From the NCBI GenBank assembly GCA_910577565.1, contig CAJTNJ010000003.1, positions 25,090 through 89,089 on the forward strand: a stretch of DNA of 64,000 bases, in the 5' to 3' direction. Both the position numbers and the translations under genes were made by a program. Shown piece by piece: positions 46,994-55,855 of the stretch. The stretch's first letter is position 1; the number at the start of each line of letters is the position of its first letter. Below the pieces are notes generated by a model. That model worked only from the letters and a program-made list of their open reading frames with translations, was not told where the DNA came from and did no database searches. This DNA comes from an uncultured Oscillospiraceae bacterium (lineage in GTDB: Bacteria > Bacillota > Clostridia > Oscillospirales > Ruminococcaceae).

Positions 46994-47307
46994 TGATTGA
47001 TGCTGAGTTTTTATATTCAGGTAAAATATGCATTGGATTTAAAGTGAAAGGTCATGCACTTTTTGGCGAGTTTGGTTCGGATATAGTTTGTTCTGCTGTT
47101 TCATCTGCAGTTCAAATGTGTTGCAATGGAATCACTGAAGTTGCTGGTGCAGAAGCTGGTGTTTTTGTAAGCTCAGATAGCATTTCACTTGAAACTGATG
47201 ACAAAAGTAACGTTGTTCAAACTCTTTTGAGTTCACTTAGATTACAACTTGGCCTTTTGTCAAATGATTACGGTGATAACATTTCGTTATCAATATTGGA
47301 GGTATAA
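46993..47307 (+). CDS. prp: Ribosomal-processing cysteine protease Prp
   Basis: 104 aa between rplU and rpmA. It has the catalytic His/Cys context GHALFGEFGSDIVCSAVSS. Confidence 0.85.
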   Translation: MIDAEFLYSGKICIGFKVKGHALFGEFGSDIVCSAVSSAVQMCCNGITEVAGAEAGVFVSSDSISLETDDKSNVVQTLLSSLRLQLGLLSNDYGDNISLSILEV

Positions 47308-47310
47308 AAT

Positions 47311-47589
47311 ATGTTATTAATTAATTTACAACATTTTGCTCATAAAAAAGGAGTAGGTTCTACAAAAAACGGCCGTGATTCTGAGTCAAAACGTCTTGGT
47401 GTTAAAAGAGCGGACGGTCAATTTGTTCTTGCAGGAAATATTTTGGTTCGCCAAAGAGGAACACACATACATCCAGGCGAGAATGTAGGACGTGGATCGG
47501 ATGATACATTATTTGCTAAAGCAAATGGTACAGTAAAATTTGAGCGTGTTGGTAAAAATAGAAAAAAAGTTAGTGTCTATGCTGATTAA
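47311..47589 (+). CDS. rpmA: 50S ribosomal protein L27 with a cleavable N-terminal extension
   Basis: [10 protein letters not shown]|[14 protein letters not shown]. The Firmicute pro-peptide precedes the conserved mature N-terminus. Confidence 0.95.
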   Translation: MLLINLQHFAHKKGVGSTKNGRDSESKRLGVKRADGQFVLAGNILVRQRGTHIHPGENVGRGSDDTLFAKANGTVKFERVGKNRKKVSVYAD

Positions 47590-47605
47590 TTTATACTGAC
47601 ATGTA

Positions 47606-47637
47606 AATCCCGAGGAGTATTTTCTTCGGGATTTTCT
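47606..47637 (+). terminator. Terminator/attenuator after rpmA
   Basis: atcccga (47607-47613) pairs with tcgggat (47626-47632) and is followed by tttt. Confidence 0.55.
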
Positions 47638-47706
47638 GTATTATTCAATAGTCTTGAGCGAAAACTAAAATATATGAACTTGAGACTATTAAAATGGGTG
47701 GATTTT

Positions 47707-48969
47707 ATGTTTGTTGATTTAGTAAAAATTAAAGTTAAAGCTGGCAACGGAGGTGATGGAGCTGTTGCGTTTCACCGCGAAAAGTATGTTGCTGCCGGAG
47801 GACCTGATGGCGGTGATGGTGGTAAAGGTGGAGATGTAATTTTTGTTGTTGATGATAACCTATCTACATTGGTTGACTTCAGATATAAGCACAAATATGT
47901 CGCCCCTTGTGGTGAAAATGGCAGAGGTAATAATTGCTTTGGCAAAAAAGGCGATGATCTTATAATTAAAGTGCCAAGAGGAACTATAATTAAAGATGCT
48001 GCAACCGGTGCTATAATGGCTGATATTTCAACAGATAAGCCGGTTTTGATAGCAAAAGGTGGCCGAGGTGGCTGGGGTAACAGCCGTTTTGCTACATCGA
48101 CAAGACAGATTCCACGTTTTGCAAAACCCGGTTTTTCTGGAGAAGAGTTTGATCTTGTTTTAGAGCTTAAGTTGCTTGCTGATGTTGGCTTGGTTGGGTT
48201 CCCTAATGTGGGTAAATCAACGTTAATCTCTGTGATATCTTCTGCCAAGCCCAAAATTGCAAATTACCATTTTACTACGCTTGTACCTGTTCTTGGTGTT
48301 GTTAAGGTTGAAGATTATAAGTCGTTTGTTGTTGCTGACATACCCGGGCTTATTGAGGGTGCTAACAAAGGTGTTGGACTGGGACATGCTTTTTTAAGGC
48401 ATGTTGAACGTTGTCGTTTGATAGTTCATATTGTGGATGTTTCTGGAAGTGAAGGGCGAGACCCAAAAGAAGATTTTGATCTTATAAACAAAGAACTTAA
48501 AAATTTTAACGAAGAACTTGGCAACAGAAAGCAAATAGTTGTTGCGAACAAATGCGATATAGCAACCAGAGAGCAAATTGATAGTTTTAGGTCTTTTGTA
48601 AAAGACAAAGGGCTTGAGCTATATGAAATTTCTGCGGCTACAACTCAAGGGACTGAAAAGCTTGTTAAAGTTATTGCCAAAACTTTGAACGATCTTCCAC
48701 CAATTGTAAAATATACACCTAACTATCTTCCGCCTTTGGTTGATGATTACAAAAAGTTTGATATTGAAGTCAAAGATGGTGTTTATTTCGTTGATGCACC
48801 TTGGCTAGATCAGATACTTTGTAGAATTAATATGGATGATTATGAATCACTGCAATATTTACAGCGAGTACTGCGTGACGTGGGGATAATAGAAAATTTG
48901 GAAAATATGGGAATAAATGAGGGAGATACTGTGAATTTGCAAGGCTTTGAATTTGATTTTGTTTATTAA
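47707..48969 (+). CDS. obg: GTPase Obg
   Basis: MFVDLVKIKVKAGNGGDGAVAFHREKY is the Obg fold. G motifs GFPNVGKST, DIPGLIEGA, NKCD, plus a C-terminal OCT domain. The start is at ATG 47707, not the track start 47674. Confidence 0.95.
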   Translation: MFVDLVKIKVKAGNGGDGAVAFHREKYVAAGGPDGGDGGKGGDVIFVVDDNLSTLVDFRYKHKYVAPCGENGRGNNCFGKKGDDLIIKVPRGTIIKDAATGAIMADISTDKPVLIAKGGRGGWGNSRFATSTRQIPRFAKPGFSGEEFDLVLELKLLADVGLVGFPNVGKSTLISVISSAKPKIANYHFTTLVPVLGVVKVEDYKSFVVADIPGLIEGANKGVGLGHAFLRHVERCRLIVHIVDVSGSEGRDPKEDFDLINKELKNFNEELGNRKQIVVANKCDIATREQIDSFRSFVKDKGLELYEISAATTQGTEKLVKVIAKTLNDLPPIVKYTPNYLPPLVDDYKKFDIEVKDGVYFVDAPWLDQILCRINMDDYESLQYLQRVLRDVGIIENLENMGINEGDTVNLQGFEFDFVY

Positions 48970-48980
48970 TATGGGAGGTA

Positions 48981-49391
48981 TTGGTTACGTTAGAGTTATT
49001 TTCAACACACAAAAATCCTAAACAATTGTCTCCGTCGACGTTAGCATTTATAGGTGATGCTGTGTTTGAGTTGCTTGTCAGGGAATATGTAATTTCTAAA
49101 AAAGGCAGTATGCCTGTGTCTAAACTTCACAAGGCTACCGTAAATTATGTTTGTGCAGCATCTCAATTTAAAGCTGCCATTAAAATTGAGAAGATGCTGA
49201 CTGAGGAAGAGGCTGATATTTATCGCAGAGGTCGTAATGCTACGGGGAGCCATGTTCCAAGAAATTCTAGACCAAGAGAATATCGTGCGGCAACAGGAAT
49301 TGAGTGTTTGTTTGGCTTTTTATATTTGCAAGGAGATGTTATTCGATTGCAGGAACTTTTTGTTTACATAATTAGTGAATCGCAGCATTAG
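48981..49391 (+). CDS. mrnC: Mini-ribonuclease 3
   Basis: 136 aa with the RNase III-like signature LAFIGDAVFELLVREY. TTG start behind GGGAGG. Confidence 0.8.
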   Translation: MVTLELFSTHKNPKQLSPSTLAFIGDAVFELLVREYVISKKGSMPVSKLHKATVNYVCAASQFKAAIKIEKMLTEEEADIYRRGRNATGSHVPRNSRPREYRAATGIECLFGFLYLQGDVIRLQELFVYIISESQH

Positions 49392-49421
49392 TTGTTTTAA
49401 AATTTGCTGATTTTAAGCGAC

Positions 49422-49465
49422 AAAAAGACCTATCATCCATAATAACAATGATAGGTCTTTTTGTT
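49422..49465. terminator. Bidirectional terminator shared by mrnC (+) and the small ORF (-)
   Basis: aaaaagacctatcat (49422-49436) pairs with atgataggtcttttt (49448-49462), flanked by A- and T-runs. Confidence 0.7.
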
Positions 49466-49475
49466 TTAGAAATTT

Positions 49476-49640
49476 TTAGCGGTAATCGTGTTCAGCATTT
49501 GAGTCTTTTTGGTTTTCTCTGCTGTTTCTTGAGTTTGTAGAATAATTTTGATTAGTTTTTTGAGTCTTTTGATTTTTTTCGTTCTGGTGCTCATCTTGTC
49601 TTTGTGTGTTATTTTGATGATTTTGATTTTTATTATTCAT
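49476..49640 (-). CDS. Small (54 aa) N/Q/K-rich hydrophilic protein, not in the ORF track
   Basis: ATG at 49640 behind GGAGTGAAAACAA. Translation: MNNKNQNHQNNTQRQDEHQNEKNQKTQKTNQNYSTNSRNSRENQKDSNAEHDYR*. The stop lies 11 nt from the bidirectional terminator. Confidence 0.5.
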   Translation of the reverse strand: MNNKNQNHQNNTQRQDEHQNEKNQKTQKTNQNYSTNSRNSRENQKDSNAEHDYR

Positions 49641-49862
49641 TTGTTTTCACTCCGTTCTGCCATAAATAGATTTTTAACGTTAATGCAAATCTTTAAACAT
49701 CCTACTAAAAGCTTTTTATAAAATAAGATTTATCGGCAGTTTATAAACTATTTTATAAAGGCAGTCATTAGGATATTACAGTAAAAAACTATAAGTTTTA
49801 AAATCTGCAATATTATTATTTGCGCTTTGATTAGCATTATACTAATTTAGAGAGGGAAAAAT

Positions 49863-51197
49863 ATGGTAAATTTACATGATGATTTTTTAAAGCGCATGAA
49901 AATTTTGCTTGAAAACGATTATTGTAAATTTTTGGAAAGTTTAAATGACAATCCTGCTGTTGGTATAAGAATTAATACTTTACTTGTAAAAAATCCGGAT
50001 ATAGTGGTTAATTCACTGCCTTTTAAAATGAAGAGGTTAGATTTTTTGCAATATGGTTTTAGGCTAATAGAGAAGTATGACGGACTTGGCAAGTTACCCG
50101 CTCATCATGCAGGTGCTTTTTATGTTCAAGATCCTTCGGCGATGACAGCTGTGTGTGCTCTTGATCCACAACCGGGTGATAGAGTGCTCGATCTTTGTGC
50201 TGCTCCTGGAGGCAAATCTACGCAAATTGCTGCTTGCCTTAATGGTGAAGGTTTGCTTGTTGCTAATGAGATCAAAAAGGCAAGGGTAAATGATTTAATC
50301 TCTAATTTGGAAAGAATGGGAGTAAAAAACGCTGTTGTTTTTTCTAAAACGCCAAGCGACTTAATTTCAAATTATCGTGAATATTTCGATAAGGTTTTAG
50401 TTGATGCACCGTGCTCCTGTGAGGGAATGTTTCGGAAAAATCCACATGCGGTTTGTCAGTGGTCAGCAAAGTATTCAAATAGCTGCGCAGTCCGCCAAAA
50501 AGATATTATGCATGCAGCGGCAAAAGCTGTTAGGCCAGGCGGTACTCTTGTATATTCTACATGCACTTTTTCGGTGGAAGAAGATGAAGAAGTGGTGCGA
50601 GATTTTCTTGAAAAAAATAATGATTTTGTTTTGGAACCTATAGAAATCAATTTCGGAAGTCCATCAACATTAAAGCAAATTATGCCTAAAGCAAGATATA
50701 TGAGACGAATTTTTCCATATCAAGGAGGCGAAGGGCATTTTGTTGCAAAATTAAAAAGAAAAGGTAATTTAAGGATAGATTGCGCATTATTTAATGATTT
50801 TGTTCAAATTGATTCGTTTAATGAGTTTTGGGTACAGACATTTGATATGCCCGTGCCTAAGGTTGCAAGATTTGGCGACAATGTCATGATTGTGCCAAAG
50901 GATATGCCAAAAGTAAATAGAGCACTTAGAGTAGGAATTTTAGCAGGAAGTATTAAAAATAATAGGTTTATTCCAAAGCATCATTTGTTTAAATGCGATA
51001 TGAAATTGAAAGAAGATAGAGTATTAAATCTGTCATTTGATGATGATAGGGTAGTTGGTTTTTTAAAAGGTGAAGAAATACCGTGCAGTTTAAAGGGATA
51101 TTTAGGAGTTAAAGTGTCAGGTATACCTCTTGGATTTGGGAAGGGATCAAACGGTAAACTTAAAAATCATTATCCCAAAGGATTGCGCCTGGTTTAA
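49863..51197 (+). CDS. RsmB/RsmF-family RNA m5C methyltransferase
   Basis: SAM site VLDLCAAPGGKST, catalytic motifs DAPCSCEGMFRKNP and YSTCT, plus a C-terminal PUA-like extension as in RsmF/YebU-type enzymes. Confidence 0.85.
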   Translation: MVNLHDDFLKRMKILLENDYCKFLESLNDNPAVGIRINTLLVKNPDIVVNSLPFKMKRLDFLQYGFRLIEKYDGLGKLPAHHAGAFYVQDPSAMTAVCALDPQPGDRVLDLCAAPGGKSTQIAACLNGEGLLVANEIKKARVNDLISNLERMGVKNAVVFSKTPSDLISNYREYFDKVLVDAPCSCEGMFRKNPHAVCQWSAKYSNSCAVRQKDIMHAAAKAVRPGGTLVYSTCTFSVEEDEEVVRDFLEKNNDFVLEPIEINFGSPSTLKQIMPKARYMRRIFPYQGGEGHFVAKLKRKGNLRIDCALFNDFVQIDSFNEFWVQTFDMPVPKVARFGDNVMIVPKDMPKVNRALRVGILAGSIKNNRFIPKHHLFKCDMKLKEDRVLNLSFDDDRVVGFLKGEEIPCSLKGYLGVKVSGIPLGFGKGSNGKLKNHYPKGLRLV

Positions 51198-51241
51198 ATT
51201 TATGATACAATGATTCTGAAAAGTTAAAGGAGGATTTTGGT

Positions 51242-51979
51242 ATGTCAGGACATTCTAAATGGAGCACTATAAAGCGGAAAAAAGAAAAGACTGATAGTGC
51301 ACGTGCTAAAATTTTTACTAAGATAGGTCGTGAAATTTTTGTCGCAGTTAAAAGCGGCGGAGCAGATCCTGCCAATAACAGTAAATTGCGAGATTTAATA
51401 GCTAAGTCAAAGGCAAATAATGTCCCAAATGACAACATAGAAAGAATAATTAAAAAGGCAGCCGGAGATGGCAACAAAAATGATTATGAAACTATAATAT
51501 ATGAGGGTTATGGTCCTGAAGGAATAGCTTTAATAGTTGAAACTTTAACAGACAACCGCAATAGGACGGCCTCAAATGTACGCCATTATTTTGATAAGTT
51601 TGGTGGTAAACTCGGCACAACAGGTTGTGTAGCTTTTATGTTTGAGCAAAAGGGAGTTATACATATCGATGGTACTTCGCTTGATGAAGATAAGGTTATG
51701 AATGATTGCATAGAACTTGGAGTTGATGATTTTGAGTTTGAAGATGGACTCATCAGCATAACCACTGCGCCTGTAGATTTTTCCAAAGTAAGGGAAGACC
51801 TTGAAGAAAAGGGGTATGAATTTTTGTCAGCGCAAGTTGAAATGTTGCCGGACACCATGGTTGCGTTAAAGGATGAGGATAGTAAAACAAAGATGTCAAG
51901 ATTGCTTTGTGCGCTTGAAGAAGATGATGATATTCAAGAAGTTTGGCATAACCTTGAAAATGTTGAAGAATTAAATTAG
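51242..51979 (+). CDS. yebC: YebC/PmpR-family DNA-binding regulator
   Basis: MSGHSKWSTIKRKKEKTDSARAKIFTK... is the invariant YebC N-terminus. 245 aa. Confidence 0.9.
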   Translation: MSGHSKWSTIKRKKEKTDSARAKIFTKIGREIFVAVKSGGADPANNSKLRDLIAKSKANNVPNDNIERIIKKAAGDGNKNDYETIIYEGYGPEGIALIVETLTDNRNRTASNVRHYFDKFGGKLGTTGCVAFMFEQKGVIHIDGTSLDEDKVMNDCIELGVDDFEFEDGLISITTAPVDFSKVREDLEEKGYEFLSAQVEMLPDTMVALKDEDSKTKMSRLLCALEEDDDIQEVWHNLENVEELN

Positions 51980-52254
51980 CTTTGAAATTGCATGTAAAAA
52001 TTATATAATAAATGTGTTAATCACGGTAACACAATTTAAGTTGAAAAATTTGCTTGGATATAGGCAAAAACTTAATTATAAATTTGACATTATCTAAAGG
52101 GTGACATTAGGGAGTTTATATTTACTGATTTTGTAATTATGACTTTTATTTGATGTCAATATTTAATATGAGATCTTTGGACATATAATATACCTATATA
52201 ATATAATTTTGATAGTTTGAAAAATTTTTCTTTTTTGTTTTGTTTGTTTGAGCA

Positions 52255-52283
52255 TTGAAAATGTTGGTGTGTTGTGATATACT
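52255..52283 (+). promoter_or_regulatory. Candidate sigma-A promoter of aspS-gatCAB
   Basis: TTGAAA (52255-52260) - 17 nt - TATACT (52278-52283), with TG at position -15/-14. Confidence 0.45.
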
Positions 52284-52316
52284 GTTTAATTATAAAAATA
52301 AAAGCTGAAAGGGAAA

Positions 52317-54071
52317 ATGACTATGTCTATGGAGAATGAATATCGTACTCACACGTCTGCAGAATTGGGAGAAGACAGCATAGGTAAAAATATAAGAGCA
52401 GCCGGTTGGGTTGAAAATATTCGAGATCATGGTGGAGTAATTTTTCTTGATTTTAGAGATCACTATGGTGTTTTGCAGGTTGTAATTCACAATGAGGATC
52501 AGCTTAAAGGTATTTGCCGTGAAACGGTTGTTTCTGTAAGTGGCGAGGTTAGAAAAAGATCTGAAGAAACAATAAATAAAAAGATTGCAACAGGTACCAT
52601 TGAGGTTGTTTGTGATAGCTTAAAAATTTTGGGCAAATGCAAAAACAATTTGCCGTTTGAAATTATGACCTCAACATCGGTTAAAGAAGAGTTAAGGCTT
52701 AAATATCGTTTTTTGGATTTGCGCAATCAGAAAGTTCATAGCAATATTGTACTAAGAGCAGAAGTGATTTCATTTATGCGCAAAAAGATGACTGATATGG
52801 GTTTTTTGGAAATTCAAACTCCCATTCTTTCGGCATCTTCGCCTGAGGGAGCAAGAGACTATCTAATTCCAAGCAGAAAGCATAAAGGCAAGTTTTATGC
52901 TTTGCCTCAAGCACCGCAGATATTTAAACAGCTTTTGATGACATCAGGATTTGATAAATATTTTCAAATAGCTCCATGTTTTCGTGATGAAGATTCTCGC
53001 GCGGATAGGTCTCCTGGCGAGTTCTATCAGTTGGATTTTGAAATGGCTTTTGCAACTCAAGAGGATGTGCTTAAAGTTACTGAAAAGGTTCTTTCTGAAA
53101 CGTTCGAAAAGTTTTCAAAATTTGAGTCTACAAAAGCTCCTTTTCCAAGGTTTACCTACGAAGAAGCAATGCTAAAATACGGCACAGATAAGCCGGATCT
53201 TAGGAACCCACTTGAAATTATTGATATATCTGACATGTTTTTGCAATCTGATTTTAAACCGTTTGAGGGCAAGTGTGTTAGAGCAATAAATGTTCCTGAT
53301 TGTGCAAACCAGTCAAAAGGCTTCTTTGAAAAGATGCTTAAATTTGCAACTGGAATTGGAATGAAAGGTCTTGGTTATTTTAAGGTTGATGATGATTTAA
53401 AGTTTAACGGCCCTATAGATAAATTTTTAAATGACGATCAGCGCAAGGAGTTAATAGAGCGAGCAGCTCTTAAGCCTGGCTCTGTGCTTTATTTTATAGC
53501 AGATAGCAAGAAAAATTCTCCAATTTTTGCTGGGCAGATAAGAACGGAAGTTGCAAATAGAATGAATCTTATCGATAAAGATAAATTCGAGTTTTGCTTT
53601 ATTACAGACTTTCCTATGTATGACCTTGATGAAGAAACAGGTAAAATTATATTTACGCATAATCCATTTTCCATGCCGCAAGGTGGAATTGAAGCTTTAA
53701 ATAGTGAAAATCCGCTTAATATACTTGCATGGCAGTATGATGTTGTGTGCAACGGTGTTGAACTTTCATCGGGAGCTGTCCGCAATCATGATCTTGATGC
53801 ACTTGTTAAAGCTTTTGAGATTGCAGGATATGATAAACAAACCGTGTTTGATAAATTTCCTGCAATGTGCAGTGCTTTCCAGTATGGTGCACCACCTCAT
53901 GCTGGTATGGCGCCTGGTGTTGACAGGATACTGATGCTTCTTTGCAATGAGGAAAATATAAGGGAAGTTGTGGCGTTCCCAATGAATTCAAATGCTCAGG
54001 ATTTGCTTTTGGGTGCTCCCGGTGAGGTTACAGAACAACAGCTTCGTGAAGTGCATATAAAACTGAGATAA
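52317..54071 (+). CDS. aspS: Aspartate--tRNA ligase (bacterial type; likely non-discriminating given gatCAB linkage)
   Basis: 584 aa. N-terminal OB fold, class II motif 2 FQIAPCFRDEDSRADRSP and motif 3 GMAPGVDRILM. Alternative ATGs at 52323 and 52329. Confidence 0.95.
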   Translation: MTMSMENEYRTHTSAELGEDSIGKNIRAAGWVENIRDHGGVIFLDFRDHYGVLQVVIHNEDQLKGICRETVVSVSGEVRKRSEETINKKIATGTIEVVCDSLKILGKCKNNLPFEIMTSTSVKEELRLKYRFLDLRNQKVHSNIVLRAEVISFMRKKMTDMGFLEIQTPILSASSPEGARDYLIPSRKHKGKFYALPQAPQIFKQLLMTSGFDKYFQIAPCFRDEDSRADRSPGEFYQLDFEMAFATQEDVLKVTEKVLSETFEKFSKFESTKAPFPRFTYEEAMLKYGTDKPDLRNPLEIIDISDMFLQSDFKPFEGKCVRAINVPDCANQSKGFFEKMLKFATGIGMKGLGYFKVDDDLKFNGPIDKFLNDDQRKELIERAALKPGSVLYFIADSKKNSPIFAGQIRTEVANRMNLIDKDKFEFCFITDFPMYDLDEETGKIIFTHNPFSMPQGGIEALNSENPLNILAWQYDVVCNGVELSSGAVRNHDLDALVKAFEIAGYDKQTVFDKFPAMCSAFQYGAPPHAGMAPGVDRILMLLCNEENIREVVAFPMNSNAQDLLLGAPGEVTEQQLREVHIKLR

Positions 54072-54101
54072 AAATAAACCTTATGCTTTGGAGGAATAAA
54101 C

Positions 54102-54407
54102 ATGGTTACTAAAGAAGAATTGATGGATCTTGCAACTTTGTCAAAATTAAATATTTCTGACGGTGAAACCGAGAAGTTGTTAAAGGATATGGAAGAAATT
54201 ATAAAATTTGCTGATACTATAAATTCAGCTTCAAGTGAAGGAGTTGCATTTGATAATATAAACGAATTGCAAAATGTTTATCGTGAAGATGATATTATAG
54301 AGTCATATCCCCAGTCGGAAATTCTTAATAATGCTAAAACACAAGAAGACGGTTTTTTCTGCATAAGTAACAGAGGCCAAGGCAAAAAGGAGGATTTGGC
54401 GTTTTGA
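54102..54407 (+). CDS. gatC: Asp/Glu-tRNA amidotransferase subunit C
   Basis: 101 aa. L.KL.ISD.E......DM..II.FAD... is the GatC pattern. It overlaps the gatA start. Confidence 0.9.
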   Translation: MVTKEELMDLATLSKLNISDGETEKLLKDMEEIIKFADTINSASSEGVAFDNINELQNVYREDDIIESYPQSEILNNAKTQEDGFFCISNRGQGKKEDLAF

Positions 54408-55855
54408 TAAGCAAGATACAGAAGCTTTTAAAGACAAAGCAAATTAAATGTTGTGAACTTACTGAAAAATATCTAACTGAAATTAAGAATAAAAACAATG
54501 ATTTAACCGCTTATGTTAATGTTACTTCTGAGATGGCAATTGACCAAGCAATGGCGGTTGATGAAAAGATTGCCAATGGTGAGGATATAGATGCTTTAGA
54601 TGGCATACCAATGACGCTTAAAGATAATATTTCCACCAAAGACGTTGAAACAACATGTTGCTCTAATATACTTAAAGGCTACAAACCGATATATGATGCG
54701 TCTGTTTGGACTAAGCTTAAAAACGGTGGTAGTGTGCTCTTGGGCAAGGCAAACATGGATGAGTTTGCTATGGGATCTTCATGTGAGACTTCTTGTTTTG
54801 GTGGTGCAAAAAATCCACATAATTATAACCATGTTGCAGGTGGAAGTTCGGGCGGTGTTGCAAGCGCTGTTGGAGCGGGACTTGCGGTATATGGCCTTGG
54901 ATCGGATACGGGTGGCTCTATTAGACAACCAGCAAGTTTTTGTGGATTGGTTGGTCTTAAACCTACTTATGGTTCAGTTTCAAGATATGGGCTTATTGCT
55001 TATGCCTCTAGTTTGGATCAGATAGGCCCTATCGCAAGCAGTGTTGAGGATGCCGCTATTGTTTATGACGAAATAGCTTTTAAAGATTCAATGGATTCCA
55101 CATGCAGAGGAAAGTCTGAAGATACGGTATCTCACCTTAATGATAGCATAGATAATTTAAAAATAGGAATTGCAGGCGAATATTTTGAATCAGTCGATGC
55201 TGAGGTTAACAGAAGCATAAAAGATGCTTTAAAAGTTTATGAGAATTTGGGAGCTAAAATTGTAGACATATCATTGCCTTCTATTGGATATGCACTTCCT
55301 GTATATTATATAATTGCGTGTGCCGAAGCATCATCAAATCTTGGAAGGTATGACGGAATTAGATATGGTTTTAGGGCAGATGATTATCAAGGGTTTCATG
55401 AAATGATTTGTAAGACTAGAAGCGAAGGCTTTGGTGAAGAAGTTAAACGCAGAATTTTGCTTGGCACATATGTCCTTTCTTCTGGTTATTATGATGCTTA
55501 TTATAAAAAAGCACAGTCTCTTAGAGGCAGTATAGTTTATGGGTTTAATAAAGCATTTGAGAACTGCGATGTTATACTTGCACCGACAGTTCCAATGACG
55601 GCATTTAAGTGCGGTGTGACTTCTAAAGACCCTGTTAAGACCTATCAAACTGATATTTGCACCGTTCCTGTTAATATTGCAGGATTGCCTGCTGTTTCAA
55701 TCCCGTGTGGCTTTGGCAAAAACGATTTACCTATTGGAATGCAGTTGATTGGGCCAAAATTTACCGAATCTAAGCTGCTTTGCATTGCAAATAAATTTGA
55801 ACAAGCAACAGATCGCTGCTTCTTCAAGCAAGTTGAAGGAGGTGTAAATCTTTGA
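54404..55855 (+). CDS. gatA: Asp/Glu-tRNA amidotransferase subunit A
   Basis: 483 aa with the amidase signature GGSSGGVASAV...GSDTGGSIRQPASFCG. TTG start overlaps the gatC stop. Confidence 0.95.
   Translation: MISKIQKLLKTKQIKCCELTEKYLTEIKNKNNDLTAYVNVTSEMAIDQAMAVDEKIANGEDIDALDGIPMTLKDNISTKDVETTCCSNILKGYKPIYDASVWTKLKNGGSVLLGKANMDEFAMGSSCETSCFGGAKNPHNYNHVAGGSSGGVASAVGAGLAVYGLGSDTGGSIRQPASFCGLVGLKPTYGSVSRYGLIAYASSLDQIGPIASSVEDAAIVYDEIAFKDSMDSTCRGKSEDTVSHLNDSIDNLKIGIAGEYFESVDAEVNRSIKDALKVYENLGAKIVDISLPSIGYALPVYYIIACAEASSNLGRYDGIRYGFRADDYQGFHEMICKTRSEGFGEEVKRRILLGTYVLSSGYYDAYYKKAQSLRGSIVYGFNKAFENCDVILAPTVPMTAFKCGVTSKDPVKTYQTDICTVPVNIAGLPAVSIPCGFGKNDLPIGMQLIGPKFTESKLLCIANKFEQATDRCFFKQVEGGVNL

Noticed and set aside
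51980-52316. A T-box leader upstream of aspS.
   Set aside because: There is no conserved T-box sequence (AGGGTGGTACCGCG-like), and no specifier or antiterminator architecture is visible. The region is almost uniformly AT-rich.
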